32,000 nucleotides of DNA from Candidatus Scalindua sp. (lineage in GTDB: Bacteria > Planctomycetota > Brocadiia > Brocadiales > Scalinduaceae), in NCBI GenBank assembly GCA_031316235.1, contig JALDRA010000001.1, positions 1,470,001 through 1,502,000 on the forward strand. The letters are read 5' to 3'. The translations under genes were made by a program, and so were the position numbers. This document shows positions 23,423 through 32,000 of the stretch, one piece after another (the first letter of the stretch is position 1; each line of letters begins with the position of its first letter). The notes under the pieces were generated by a model. The model worked only from the letters and a program-made list of their open reading frames with translations, was not told where the DNA came from and ran no database searches.

Positions 23423-25040
23423 AAGGGCAAATCGATTGAATAAAAATGCATTTTCCATAAACATTCTTTTCGCTTTTCCGGCAATCCTTTTCCTTTCATT
23501 CTCGTTTCCCTCTCCAGGTATAAGTTATCTGATCTGGATTGCCTTTGTACCCTGGCTCCTGATACTCTCAACAGGATACAGAACATGGTTTTTCTCCTAT
23601 GTGATCGGGATATCATTTTTTATCATTAATCTTTCATGGCTTCGGCATGTGACCTACCTCGGATGGATACTGTTAAGTCTTTATCTGGCCGCCTATTTTC
23701 TCGCCTTTGGCGTAATTTCTTACTACCTGAAAAGAAAGTTAAGACTTCCTTATATTGTTATTGCTCCGTTTGTCTGGGTTACTTTTGAGTTTATCAGGTC
23801 TTCACCTCTTTCCGGTTTCCCATGGTTTTTTATTGGGCATACTCAATATCTGCATCTAACAGTAATTCAAATCGCCGATATTACCGGTGTATATGGCGTC
23901 TCCTTTCTTATTATGATAGTTAATGCAGCTATCGCGGACATGACAGAACAGGTGCTATTAAGAAGAACCTCGCTATTTATGCAGTATCCCCATTTGGTAA
24001 AAAAGGGGAAAACGTTCTTTTGCGCTGCTGCTATTATACCAGGTCTCATACTCTTGTTGGTATTAGTGTACGGTTTCCTTCACCTCAATCGTCATATACC
24101 GTACCAGGATGGGCCAAATGTGTGCCTGGTACAGGGAAATATCGCTCAAAGTATTAAGATCGACCCTGATGATAAGCAACAAGAAGAGATAGTGTTACGA
24201 TACAGAAACCTGACCCTGGACGTTACCGAAAAAGCGATAGATCTGGTTGTCTGGCCGGAGACTATGGTCCCAGGCATACTGAACATTGATCCACAGATTC
24301 TTGACAGAAAAATTGACTCGTTATCGAAGGAATCGGTCCAGAAATCAGCACAGACAAAAAATACTCATATGCTGGTTGGAGGTACCGCGATTGATGTTTA
24401 TGAAAACCGTCCTTTTTATTATAACACGGCCTTTCATTATGACAGAGACGGGAAATATCAGGATCGATATGACAAGATACACTTAGTCCCCTTTGGCGAG
24501 TTTGTTCCATTTGAGAAGTTTTTTCCATTTCTAAGCTATTTAGTACCCTATGAAGTCAACCTGAGTAGCGGCAAAAGAAGAACGATTTTTAAACTGGATA
24601 CTATCAAGGACCAGAAACTCTTCCAGTTTGGCGTAATTATCTGTTACGAGGACACTATTGCTCCTTTAGTAAGAAAGTTCCGGCTAGATGGCGTTGACTT
24701 TATGGTAAATATCACAAATGACGCCTGGTTCTGTAATAGTGCGGAATTAGATCAACATCTTTCCATTATGGTTTTTCGGTCAGTAGAAAATCGTGTGAGT
24801 ATTGCACGTGCCGCCAATACGGGCATCTCTTCCTTTATTTCACCCAGTGGTGAGATATATGATTTCCTCAGCAAAGAGGGGAAGATAAAGGAGGTAGATG
24901 GCACCCTGTGTAACAATATAAAATTTGAACATCGAAAAAATACATGGTATACAGATTATGGAGATGTGTTTGCCATCTCGTGTTTGGTAACAACAATTCT
25001 CTTAAGCTTTATCGCTGCAAGGAAGAAGAATTTCACTTGA
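23406..25040 (+). CDS. lnt: Apolipoprotein N-acyltransferase
   Basis: It has a polytopic N-terminal membrane region and a CN-hydrolase domain. The catalytic contexts are VWPE (Glu), KIHLVPFGE (Lys) and VIICYE (Cys). The only in-frame start is TTG 23406, which overlaps moeA by 17 nt. Confidence 0.85.
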   Translation: MTTLVKRANRLNKNAFSINILFAFPAILFLSFSFPSPGISYLIWIAFVPWLLILSTGYRTWFFSYVIGISFFIINLSWLRHVTYLGWILLSLYLAAYFLAFGVISYYLKRKLRLPYIVIAPFVWVTFEFIRSSPLSGFPWFFIGHTQYLHLTVIQIADITGVYGVSFLIMIVNAAIADMTEQVLLRRTSLFMQYPHLVKKGKTFFCAAAIIPGLILLLVLVYGFLHLNRHIPYQDGPNVCLVQGNIAQSIKIDPDDKQQEEIVLRYRNLTLDVTEKAIDLVVWPETMVPGILNIDPQILDRKIDSLSKESVQKSAQTKNTHMLVGGTAIDVYENRPFYYNTAFHYDRDGKYQDRYDKIHLVPFGEFVPFEKFFPFLSYLVPYEVNLSSGKRRTIFKLDTIKDQKLFQFGVIICYEDTIAPLVRKFRLDGVDFMVNITNDAWFCNSAELDQHLSIMVFRSVENRVSIARAANTGISSFISPSGEIYDFLSKEGKIKEVDGTLCNNIKFEHRKNTWYTDYGDVFAISCLVTTILLSFIAARKKNFT

Positions 25041-25064
25041 CTTTTAAATAGGCAGACGTATAAT
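25037..25064 (+). promoter_or_regulatory. Candidate sigma-70 promoter for the mre cluster
   Basis: The -35 is TTGACT (25037-25042), followed by a 16-nt spacer and a -10 of TATAAT (25059-25064). It lies 68 nt upstream of the mreB ATG, and its -35 overlaps the lnt stop codon. Confidence 0.5.
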
Positions 25065-25131
25065 CCTATTACGTAAATCTATGTAAGAGTTTAGTTTATA
25101 TCCATCACACCCATAGGACACATACAAAATC

Positions 25132-26187
25132 ATGCACCCCATTGATTATTTGTTAGGGTTAGCCTCTACAGATATGGGTATCGATTTGGGAACTGCAAAT
25201 ACGTTAGTTTGCATTCCTGATGAAGGTATTGTCTTGTTTGAACCGTCTGTAGTTGCTATACAAACTGGAACAAATAAGATCCTGCTGAATGGAAACGCAG
25301 TAGGTCAAACTGCCAAGGCTATGTTGGAAAAAGCACCGGGAAGTATTTCTGTAATAAGGCCAATGAAAAACGGTGTAATTGCCGATTTTGACATTACCGA
25401 AGCAATGTTGAAGTACTTTATCTTGAAGGTGCATAAAAGGAAATGGGGAGTCCGGCCCAGGGTAGTTATCGCCATTCCATCGGGAATTACTGCTGTTGAA
25501 AAACGTGCAGTAGTAAATTCTGCCGAACGAGCTGGCGCTAGAGAGGTTTTTTTAATCTCAGAACCGAAAGCTGCTGCGATTGGGGCGGGTCTTCCTGTTG
25601 GTGAACCAGTTGCAAGTATGATTGTTGACATTGGTGGAGGTACCACTGAAGTTGCCATCATATCGTTGGGAGATATTTTTACCCATCAAAGTTTAAGGGT
25701 TGCGGGGGACCATATGGATGTGGCTATAGCACAGTTTATCCGTCGCACATATAGCCTTGATATTGGTCTCAGGACGGCTGAAAATATCAAGATTGAGGTA
25801 GGTTCGGCTTATCCGCTGGAAGAGGAAATTTCTGTTGAAGTCAGGGGGCGTGATGCAGTGGCGGGATTACCACGCTCAATAACGATTACATCGGAAGAGA
25901 TCCGGGAAGCTCTCGGCTCAACGATAGAGTCTATTATGGATGCCATAAAAAAGACCCTGGAAAAAGCTTCCCCGGAACTGGCTTCTGACTTATTGACCAC
26001 GGGTCTGGTTATGGTGGGTGGAGGAGTAATGATAAGGGGTTTTGATAAATTAGTTGCTGAAGAAACAGGACTTCCGGTCAGGATAGCAGAAGACCCCATA
26101 ACCGCTGTTGCAAGAGGAACAGGCATACTTCTCGAATATGTCGATTTATACAAAGACGTTTTGTGGGATAAGGAACTTGAGTCCTAA
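25132..26187 (+). CDS. mreB: Rod shape-determining actin homologue MreB
   Basis: Actin-fold motifs are GIDLGTANTLV, MIVDIGGGTTEVA and MVGGGVMIRGF. It is followed by mreC and mreD. Confidence 0.95.
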   Translation: MHPIDYLLGLASTDMGIDLGTANTLVCIPDEGIVLFEPSVVAIQTGTNKILLNGNAVGQTAKAMLEKAPGSISVIRPMKNGVIADFDITEAMLKYFILKVHKRKWGVRPRVVIAIPSGITAVEKRAVVNSAERAGAREVFLISEPKAAAIGAGLPVGEPVASMIVDIGGGTTEVAIISLGDIFTHQSLRVAGDHMDVAIAQFIRRTYSLDIGLRTAENIKIEVGSAYPLEEEISVEVRGRDAVAGLPRSITITSEEIREALGSTIESIMDAIKKTLEKASPELASDLLTTGLVMVGGGVMIRGFDKLVAEETGLPVRIAEDPITAVARGTGILLEYVDLYKDVLWDKELES

Positions 26188-26197
26188 TCTTCAGAAA

Positions 26198-27016
26198 ATG
26201 CGCAGTGGTTTTTTGATTTACCTGTTTATCCTGATATCCCTTCTGATTCTCTGCATACCAGAAAACATTTCAAAGAATATAAAACTTACCATCGCTTCTC
26301 CTCTGACGCCAATTCAAAAGACAATTTCTCGAATGGAGAATTTCTTTAGTAATGGAATAACAAAAGTTGTATCAATGTTCGTTTCTGCTGATGAAAATAC
26401 CATGTTACAGAAAAAAGTTTTCACGCTTCAGAATGAAATAATCAGGCAGAGAAATATTATAACCATACTCAACAAAAAGCTTGTTACTCTTTCAAAATTT
26501 CAAGAGAGCCGGGGTGAAGATACAAAGCCGTTCATAGCAAACATAATTGGATATGATACATCAAATTTCAGAAAAAGCATTGTAATTGATATCGGGAAAA
26601 AACACGGAGTCTCAGTAAATGATGTAGCAGTATTCGAAACTGCACTTGTAGGCAGAATCACCTCTCTGGGAATCTCAACGAGCAGGGTCATGCTCATAAC
26701 AGACCCGGCATCACACGTGCCATCCCGATTTCTTAAATCAAGAATACAGGGGATCGTCAAGGGGGAGAGCGATACCATGTGTACAGTAAAATTTGTACCC
26801 AGACAGGCACGTGTACAAGAAGGAGACAAAGTTATCACCTCTGGCATTGGAGGGATCTTTCCAAAATCCCTCTATATCGGTGATGTTGTGTCTGTCAAAG
26901 AAAATGGTGCACAACTCTTTAAGGAGGTTACGCTTAAGCCGAGGATAGATCTCTCGAAACTGGAGTATGTACTCGTAACACAAAACACATTATCAGAACC
27001 GGATTTACAAGAGTGA
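26198..27016 (+). CDS. mreC: Rod shape-determining protein MreC
   Basis: ATG 26198 lies 11 nt after the mreB stop; the track ORF starts inside mreB at 26108. It has an N-terminal TM helix and a coiled-coil segment. The C-terminal beta domain shows ALVGRITSLG and VITSGIGGIFPKSLYIG. Confidence 0.85.
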   Translation: MRSGFLIYLFILISLLILCIPENISKNIKLTIASPLTPIQKTISRMENFFSNGITKVVSMFVSADENTMLQKKVFTLQNEIIRQRNIITILNKKLVTLSKFQESRGEDTKPFIANIIGYDTSNFRKSIVIDIGKKHGVSVNDVAVFETALVGRITSLGISTSRVMLITDPASHVPSRFLKSRIQGIVKGESDTMCTVKFVPRQARVQEGDKVITSGIGGIFPKSLYIGDVVSVKENGAQLFKEVTLKPRIDLSKLEYVLVTQNTLSEPDLQE

Positions 27017-27047
27017 TTTTCTCTAAACCCATTAAAAGGTACCCCAC

Positions 27048-27536
27048 ATGCCATGGATAACCGTAATAAGCATTTTGTTATGCATTTCATTGATACAGAC
27101 TACCGTACTCTACTCTCTCAGCATCTTTGATATACATCCCGACCTGTTTTTAATTTTTACAGTCTATTTTTCTTTAAATTTTAATCTCACACGCTCTTTC
27201 CATGTTAATTGGGCCACGGGGCTCGCAAAAGATTTCTTTTCCGATAATCTCTTTGGTTTAAATACCCTTATATTCGTAATAGCCGGATATCTCATTTCAA
27301 TAATCAGGGAAGAGATTTACAGAAAACATTTATTCACGCAGATTTTGGTTACATTTGTCATCTCAATGATATACAATTTCATATCGCTTTTGATGCTTTC
27401 CAGTTCATTGCCATCCGTAAACTTTTTAACAATCATATGGAAATGTCCCATAATAGCGGTATACAATGCACTCATGGTACCTCCGGCATTCTGGTTATTA
27501 GACAGGCTATACACTCCCTCAAAATTCTCAGCATAA
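27048..27536 (+). CDS. mreD: Rod shape-determining protein MreD
   Basis: 162 aa and strongly hydrophobic with multiple helices. Its position between mreC and mrdA is canonical. Confidence 0.8.
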   Translation: MPWITVISILLCISLIQTTVLYSLSIFDIHPDLFLIFTVYFSLNFNLTRSFHVNWATGLAKDFFSDNLFGLNTLIFVIAGYLISIIREEIYRKHLFTQILVTFVISMIYNFISLLMLSSSLPSVNFLTIIWKCPIIAVYNALMVPPAFWLLDRLYTPSKFSA

Positions 27537-27549
27537 GAGAAATAGCACA

Positions 27550-29469
27550 ATGGCAAAAAAACGTTTTAATATTTTCTTTGGCGTGATACTGGCGCTGTTT
27601 TTGGTAATTTTTTCTCGCTTATTTTATCTTCAAATGATGGAAGGCGGAAAATATAGTGGGATTTCCGACAGCAAGAGGATAAGGACCGTTGACATTGATA
27701 CATTACGAGGCACTATCTATGATAGAAATGACGATGTTTTGGCAGTTGATAAACACTCTTTTGATCTTACCGTATCATATAAAAAGCTTTATAGTGCATA
27801 CTTGTGCCTAAAGAATAATATATTCCCGAAATTATCGGCAAAGATGAGTCTTACTATTTCCCAGTCGTTATGCAAAGAGTGTCATCCTGATAACAAGACA
27901 TGGGTAAACAGGATAGCTGAACTGTTAAAAATACCCTGTACTGATATTTTCAAACAGACTGTACAGACTGTTGAAAAGGTAGAAACGGTCAAGAGTGCTG
28001 TTGAGAGAAAAAATAAACGCAAAGTGCATATCCTTGAAGAGACAGTTCCCCATGCGATATTTTCCAATTTAGAATGGGAAAAAATCACAAGGCTGAAGGT
28101 GGAAATACCACAGATAGATGGAGTCGAAGTTGACGTAAAACCGATGAGATGGTATCCAAAAAATGATTTAGCACCTCATATCATTGGATATGTTGGTAAA
28201 CTGGACAAGAAGGAACTGAGCGAATATAATTTTAAGAAACAGTGGTTTGACAGTCTCAGCGAAAAGAATAAATCAGAATTAGAATATTTTGCACATAAGT
28301 CACTTACCGCCGACTCTCTGGTAGGAAAAAACGGAATAGAAAAAGTATTCAATTCGAACCTGATGGGTATATCCGGTGAGAGATTTGAAGAAATAACCCT
28401 CGACACTCTTGAGGTAAATAAAATCATCCTGGAACGACCACCAATACCAGGTAACAATCTATTTCTTACCATCGATAGCAGGATACAAGGGATAGCAGAA
28501 AAAGTTCTTGGCAAAAAGAGGGGATCAATTGTTGTAATGGATCCCTGGAATGGGGAAGTCCTTGCAATGGCTACTGCCCCCCGGTTTAATCTCAATACTT
28601 TTCGTGAACAATTCGGTGAGATGAGTAAAAACCCCGACAACCCCTTTCTCAATCGTCCCATCCAGAGTGCCTTGCCCCCAGGATCTGTTTTTAAAATAGT
28701 TACGGCAATTGCCGCCTTGGAAGAAAATTGTGTAGACGGAGACACACACTTTAACTGTCATGGCTCCATGAGATTGGGAAACACGAGATTTCGCTGTTTT
28801 TCTCAGTATAGTCATGGCCTGTTGAATCTTGAAGAGGCGATACAGTATTCATGCAACGTCTATTTCTTTGAAATTGCGAAAAAACTGGGAGGTGCACGGC
28901 TGAGCAAGTGGACGGATAAATTCGGATTTGGAAGTGTTACGGGTATCGAACTTCCCTACGAAAAAAAGGGGAACACACCAAAACTATCATCTATGTATGA
29001 GGTTTTGAATGTATCTATCGGTCAAGGTGCCCTGCTGGTTACGCCTGTACAAATTACCAAAATGATGGCTATTGTCGCAAACGGAGGATGGCACGTTAAA
29101 CCGCACATCGTTAAAAAAATTGTGGGTGACCAAGATAACCTTTTGTTAAATAATGATCTTACACCCAATGGACGGTTAGACATATCACAGAACACACTCG
29201 ACTATGTAAGACGCTCCCTGCGAAAAGTGGTAACAGATGGTACCGCAAAGGGAGTGGGTTTTGGTGAATTGGGTGTAGCGGGAAAGACGGGAACCGCAGA
29301 AACCGGACGAAAGAATGATAATCATGCATGGTTTTCCGGTTATGCCCCTTTTGAAAATCCAAAGTATTGCTTTACGATAATTGTCGAACATACATCCGGT
29401 CACGGGACAGATGCTGCAGCTGTATTAGCCCTGAAACTTTTATCTGAATTGACCTACGGCAACAGCTGA
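27550..29469 (+). CDS. mrdA: Penicillin-binding protein 2 (elongasome transpeptidase)
   Basis: It has an N-terminal TM anchor and a PBP dimerisation region. The transpeptidase motifs are SVFK (SxxK), SCN (SxN) and KTGT. Confidence 0.9.
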   Translation: MAKKRFNIFFGVILALFLVIFSRLFYLQMMEGGKYSGISDSKRIRTVDIDTLRGTIYDRNDDVLAVDKHSFDLTVSYKKLYSAYLCLKNNIFPKLSAKMSLTISQSLCKECHPDNKTWVNRIAELLKIPCTDIFKQTVQTVEKVETVKSAVERKNKRKVHILEETVPHAIFSNLEWEKITRLKVEIPQIDGVEVDVKPMRWYPKNDLAPHIIGYVGKLDKKELSEYNFKKQWFDSLSEKNKSELEYFAHKSLTADSLVGKNGIEKVFNSNLMGISGERFEEITLDTLEVNKIILERPPIPGNNLFLTIDSRIQGIAEKVLGKKRGSIVVMDPWNGEVLAMATAPRFNLNTFREQFGEMSKNPDNPFLNRPIQSALPPGSVFKIVTAIAALEENCVDGDTHFNCHGSMRLGNTRFRCFSQYSHGLLNLEEAIQYSCNVYFFEIAKKLGGARLSKWTDKFGFGSVTGIELPYEKKGNTPKLSSMYEVLNVSIGQGALLVTPVQITKMMAIVANGGWHVKPHIVKKIVGDQDNLLLNNDLTPNGRLDISQNTLDYVRRSLRKVVTDGTAKGVGFGELGVAGKTGTAETGRKNDNHAWFSGYAPFENPKYCFTIIVEHTSGHGTDAAAVLALKLLSELTYGNS

Positions 29470-29855
29470 ATCACTGAGAAATGTGCATGGAGATTTGCTC
29501 AGCATATTTTTCGTAACTTATCAACACTTTGATAGTTACCGTCTTCCCACACATCGGTACCTGCAACCGGAATATCCGGTACAACCTGTTATCTTTTCAA
29601 GGTGGAAGCCCCAATTTTACCCGCCTTGGCGGGTATCCTGATTCCCCTTGATTTATACTGCTTTTAGCGTTATTCTTATTTTGTCTTTTAATTATCCTGG
29701 CTACCTCATTTTATGATAGGTTGTTGTTGTGAAACCCTGTTAGAGAGGGGTAACCTAGGCGTTTTCACTCTTTTTCACGTTTTCTCGTATAAAATCAATG
29801 AACTACAATGTACATGAATTCCTTGAAAAAACAACCCTAATGGACCGAAAACCCT

Positions 29856-30959
29856 ATGTTTCGTATTAATATGTTAAAGAATTTTGACTGGGTAACATTC
29901 TTAATAATCACCTTTTTCTTAACAATCGGCTTTTTCTTTATTTGGAGTGCCGCATCTGAAAAGTTTGCCTATAAACAGATAATCTGGATTACTATCGGGC
30001 TGGTTATTTTCTTCGGCTTATTGTTAGTTGATTATTTTACTATTGCCAGGTACTCATATGTTTTTTACGCAATAATCATTATCGGTTTATTGTTTGTTTT
30101 ATTGTTTGGGAAGAGTGTATATGGTGCAAAAAGGTGGCTTCCGTTGGGACCTGTCTCTTTACAACCTTCAGAATTTATGAAGATTGTGCTTGTTTTAGCT
30201 CTTTCAAGATACATGATGTTTAAAGAAAACGTTTCTAAATTTCGCAATCTCATAATACCTCTTTTCCTGACAATATTCCCAATGGTATTGATTATGAAAC
30301 AACCGGATTTAGGTACAAGCCTGGTAATGTTACCTATCTTCTTATCAATAATTTTTATCGCAGGTGTAAAGCTCAGGTATTTTTTTTCCATCATAATTTT
30401 AGGCTTAACCTCAATACCTTTTTTATGGTACCTTATATTAAAGGACTATCAGAAATCCAGGGTAATCACTTTTCTCTGGCCGGATCAGGTAAGCAATATG
30501 GGGGAGGGTTATCATAAGGTTCAGTCGCTGATTGCTGTTGGCTCAGGCGGCAACTTCGGAAGTGGCTGGGGAAACGGCATCCAGAGCCAGCTTAATTTTA
30601 TCCCTGAGGGGCATACTGACTTTATTTTTTCAGTAATCGCTGAAGAGTGGGGCTTCTTCAGGAGTTGTGCTATTCTGGTTTCTTATATACTTTTTTTCGC
30701 ATGCAGTACCGGTATCGCCCTGAAAACCAGGGAAGCATATGGAAGGCTCATTGTGACCGGTTTTACTGCCATGTTTGCAACCCAGGCACTTGTTAATATC
30801 GCCATGACAATGGGTCTCGCTCCAATTACAGGTTTAACTTTACCATTTATCAGTTATGGGGGATCTTCACTCTTATCATCTTTTATTGCCCTCTCTTTTA
30901 TCTTTAATGTGAGATTGCGAACAAGAGTCGCTCTTGCAAGGGATGAGTTTTATGAATAA
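29856..30959 (+). CDS. rodA: SEDS-family peptidoglycan polymerase RodA
   Basis: It is a polytopic membrane protein with FtsW/RodA/SpoVE patterns (QPSEFMKI, QPDLGT, EGHTDFIF, GLTLPFISYGGSS). Confidence 0.9.
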   Translation: MFRINMLKNFDWVTFLIITFFLTIGFFFIWSAASEKFAYKQIIWITIGLVIFFGLLLVDYFTIARYSYVFYAIIIIGLLFVLLFGKSVYGAKRWLPLGPVSLQPSEFMKIVLVLALSRYMMFKENVSKFRNLIIPLFLTIFPMVLIMKQPDLGTSLVMLPIFLSIIFIAGVKLRYFFSIIILGLTSIPFLWYLILKDYQKSRVITFLWPDQVSNMGEGYHKVQSLIAVGSGGNFGSGWGNGIQSQLNFIPEGHTDFIFSVIAEEWGFFRSCAILVSYILFFACSTGIALKTREAYGRLIVTGFTAMFATQALVNIAMTMGLAPITGLTLPFISYGGSSLLSSFIALSFIFNVRLRTRVALARDEFYE

Positions 30960-32000
30960 TTTAAGGAAGTTTGTCGAGGAAAATATCTTATCTTCTGTGG
31001 AGACTCCCGGGCAGTACATAGGGGGAGAATGGAACTCCATTACAAAAAAACATTGTAATGGAGATGTTACAATTGCCATTGCATTTCCGGACACTTATGC
31101 AATAGGAATGTCCCACCAGGGTATTCAGATCATATACGGTCTATTGAATGAACGTAATGATACGGTGTGCGAAAGAGTATTTGCCCCATGGCCTGACATG
31201 GAAGAAGCGTTGAGAAATCATGATGTTCCGCTATATACCCTTGAAACGTTTACACCGTTAGGAAACTTTGACATCATTGGTTTTTCACTTCAGTATGAGA
31301 TGTCATATACAAATGTATTGAATATGCTGGATCTTGCAAAGATACCATTGAGGAGGCAGGAAAGATCTGAAGAGGATCCATTAATTATTGCTGGTGGCCC
31401 CTTGGCTTTAAATCCTGAACCAATGTCTGATTTTATCGATATATTCTTTCTCGGAGAGGGAGAAGAAATGTTCATTGATTTTATTGAGCATTTTAAGACA
31501 GTAAAACACTCCACCGGATTAACAAGAGACGGAAAAATTCTCTCTCTTGTGAAACAGTTGGATAATCTTTATGCCCCCTCCCTTTATGATGTAACATATG
31601 AACCTGGTGGAGTTGTAAGAGAAATTGTGTCAAAAGATACCGGTATACCCTCAGCAGTTCGATCAGCTACTGTCAAAAACCTTGACACAGCATATTTTCC
31701 CAGAAACCCTGTTGTACCATTTGTGCAGACTATTCATGATCGTATTTCTATTGAGGTGATGCGAGGCTGTACTCAGGGGTGCAGATTCTGTCAGGCTGGC
31801 ATGACAAAACGACCCAATAGAATCCGTTCAGTTGATACTATCTTGAAGCTCTCCGAAGAGTGCTATCGCAGTACAGGTCATGATGAGATATCCCTTGGAG
31901 CACTATCCATAAGCGACTATCCTCATCTGAAAGATCTGATGAAAAGAATGGATACTACTTTTAACCAGAAGAAAGTAAACATATCATTTCCGTCTCTGAG
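30952..32000 (+). CDS. B12-binding-domain radical SAM protein (TIGR03960-like), 3' end outside the window
   Basis: Frame 1 is open from ATG 30952 to the window end; the ORF is not in the track because it has no stop. The N-terminus reads VETPGQYIGGEWNS...IAIAFPDTYAIGMSHQGIQIIYGLLN. The radical SAM cluster motif CTQGCRFC is at 31768-31791. The ATG overlaps the rodA stop by 8 nt. Confidence 0.8.
   Translation, partial: MNNLRKFVEENILSSVETPGQYIGGEWNSITKKHCNGDVTIAIAFPDTYAIGMSHQGIQIIYGLLNERNDTVCERVFAPWPDMEEALRNHDVPLYTLETFTPLGNFDIIGFSLQYEMSYTNVLNMLDLAKIPLRRQERSEEDPLIIAGGPLALNPEPMSDFIDIFFLGEGEEMFIDFIEHFKTVKHSTGLTRDGKILSLVKQLDNLYAPSLYDVTYEPGGVVREIVSKDTGIPSAVRSATVKNLDTAYFPRNPVVPFVQTIHDRISIEVMRGCTQGCRFCQAGMTKRPNRIRSVDTILKLSEECYRSTGHDEISLGALSISDYPHLKDLMKRMDTTFNQKKVNISFPSL

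Noticed and set aside
29847-29870. CCGAAAACCCTATGTTTCGTATTA at the rodA start resembles the repeat element 3' end (CCGAAAACCAGTATGAGATGAGTATA).
   Set aside because: Only a 9-mer and TATG match, the upstream hairpin 2 sequence is absent, and the AGTATA terminus is missing. It is likely chance.
1-32000. I searched for CRISPR arrays, tRNA/rRNA genes, integrases or transposases, toxin-antitoxin pairs and phage or defence islands.
   Set aside because: I saw no regularly spaced direct repeats, no cloverleaf-like or rRNA-like segments, and no ORF with recombinase, transposase, nuclease or defence-type motifs. The only repeated sequences are the dispersed hairpin elements reported above.

Overview
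This is a chromosomal, mostly housekeeping window from a diderm bacterium with low-to-moderate GC. The taxon cannot be fixed from sequence alone; a Planctomycetota/anammox-type genome would fit the gene content, but that is a guess. About 31 protein-coding genes are supportable. They are exbD-tonB with a small membrane ORF; a PfkB kinase; a decayed msrB pseudogene; a thioredoxin-fold gene followed by a zinc-ribbon mini-ORF; and a transglutaminase-like protein. Next come a tightly coupled SPOR / small-basic-protein / aminotransferase operon; cobT abutting a REC-GGDEF diguanylate cyclase; a TPR protein with a long low-complexity tail; a PilZ protein; and a histidine kinase - lipoprotein - sigma-54 activator operon. 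The rest are mlaEFD, moeA-lnt, and a full mreB-mreC-mreD-mrdA-(386 nt gap)-rodA cluster followed by a TIGR03960-like radical SAM gene that runs off the window. I saw no rRNA, tRNA, CRISPR array, transposase or phage genes. The most unusual signal is non-coding: a family of 110-139 bp intergenic repeat elements with TATACT...AGTATA termini and two hairpins. There are 4 clear copies, 1 truncated copy and 2 decayed candidates, and the stems are maintained by compensatory substitutions. The second signal is a correctly spaced sigma-54 promoter candidate plus a 10-bp inverted repeat just downstream of the sigma-54 activator gene. It predicts that this two-component system drives a small exported protein and a PilZ receptor. 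I did not find a clear novel multi-gene defence or secretion system. Family names are recalled from motif patterns, not from searches.
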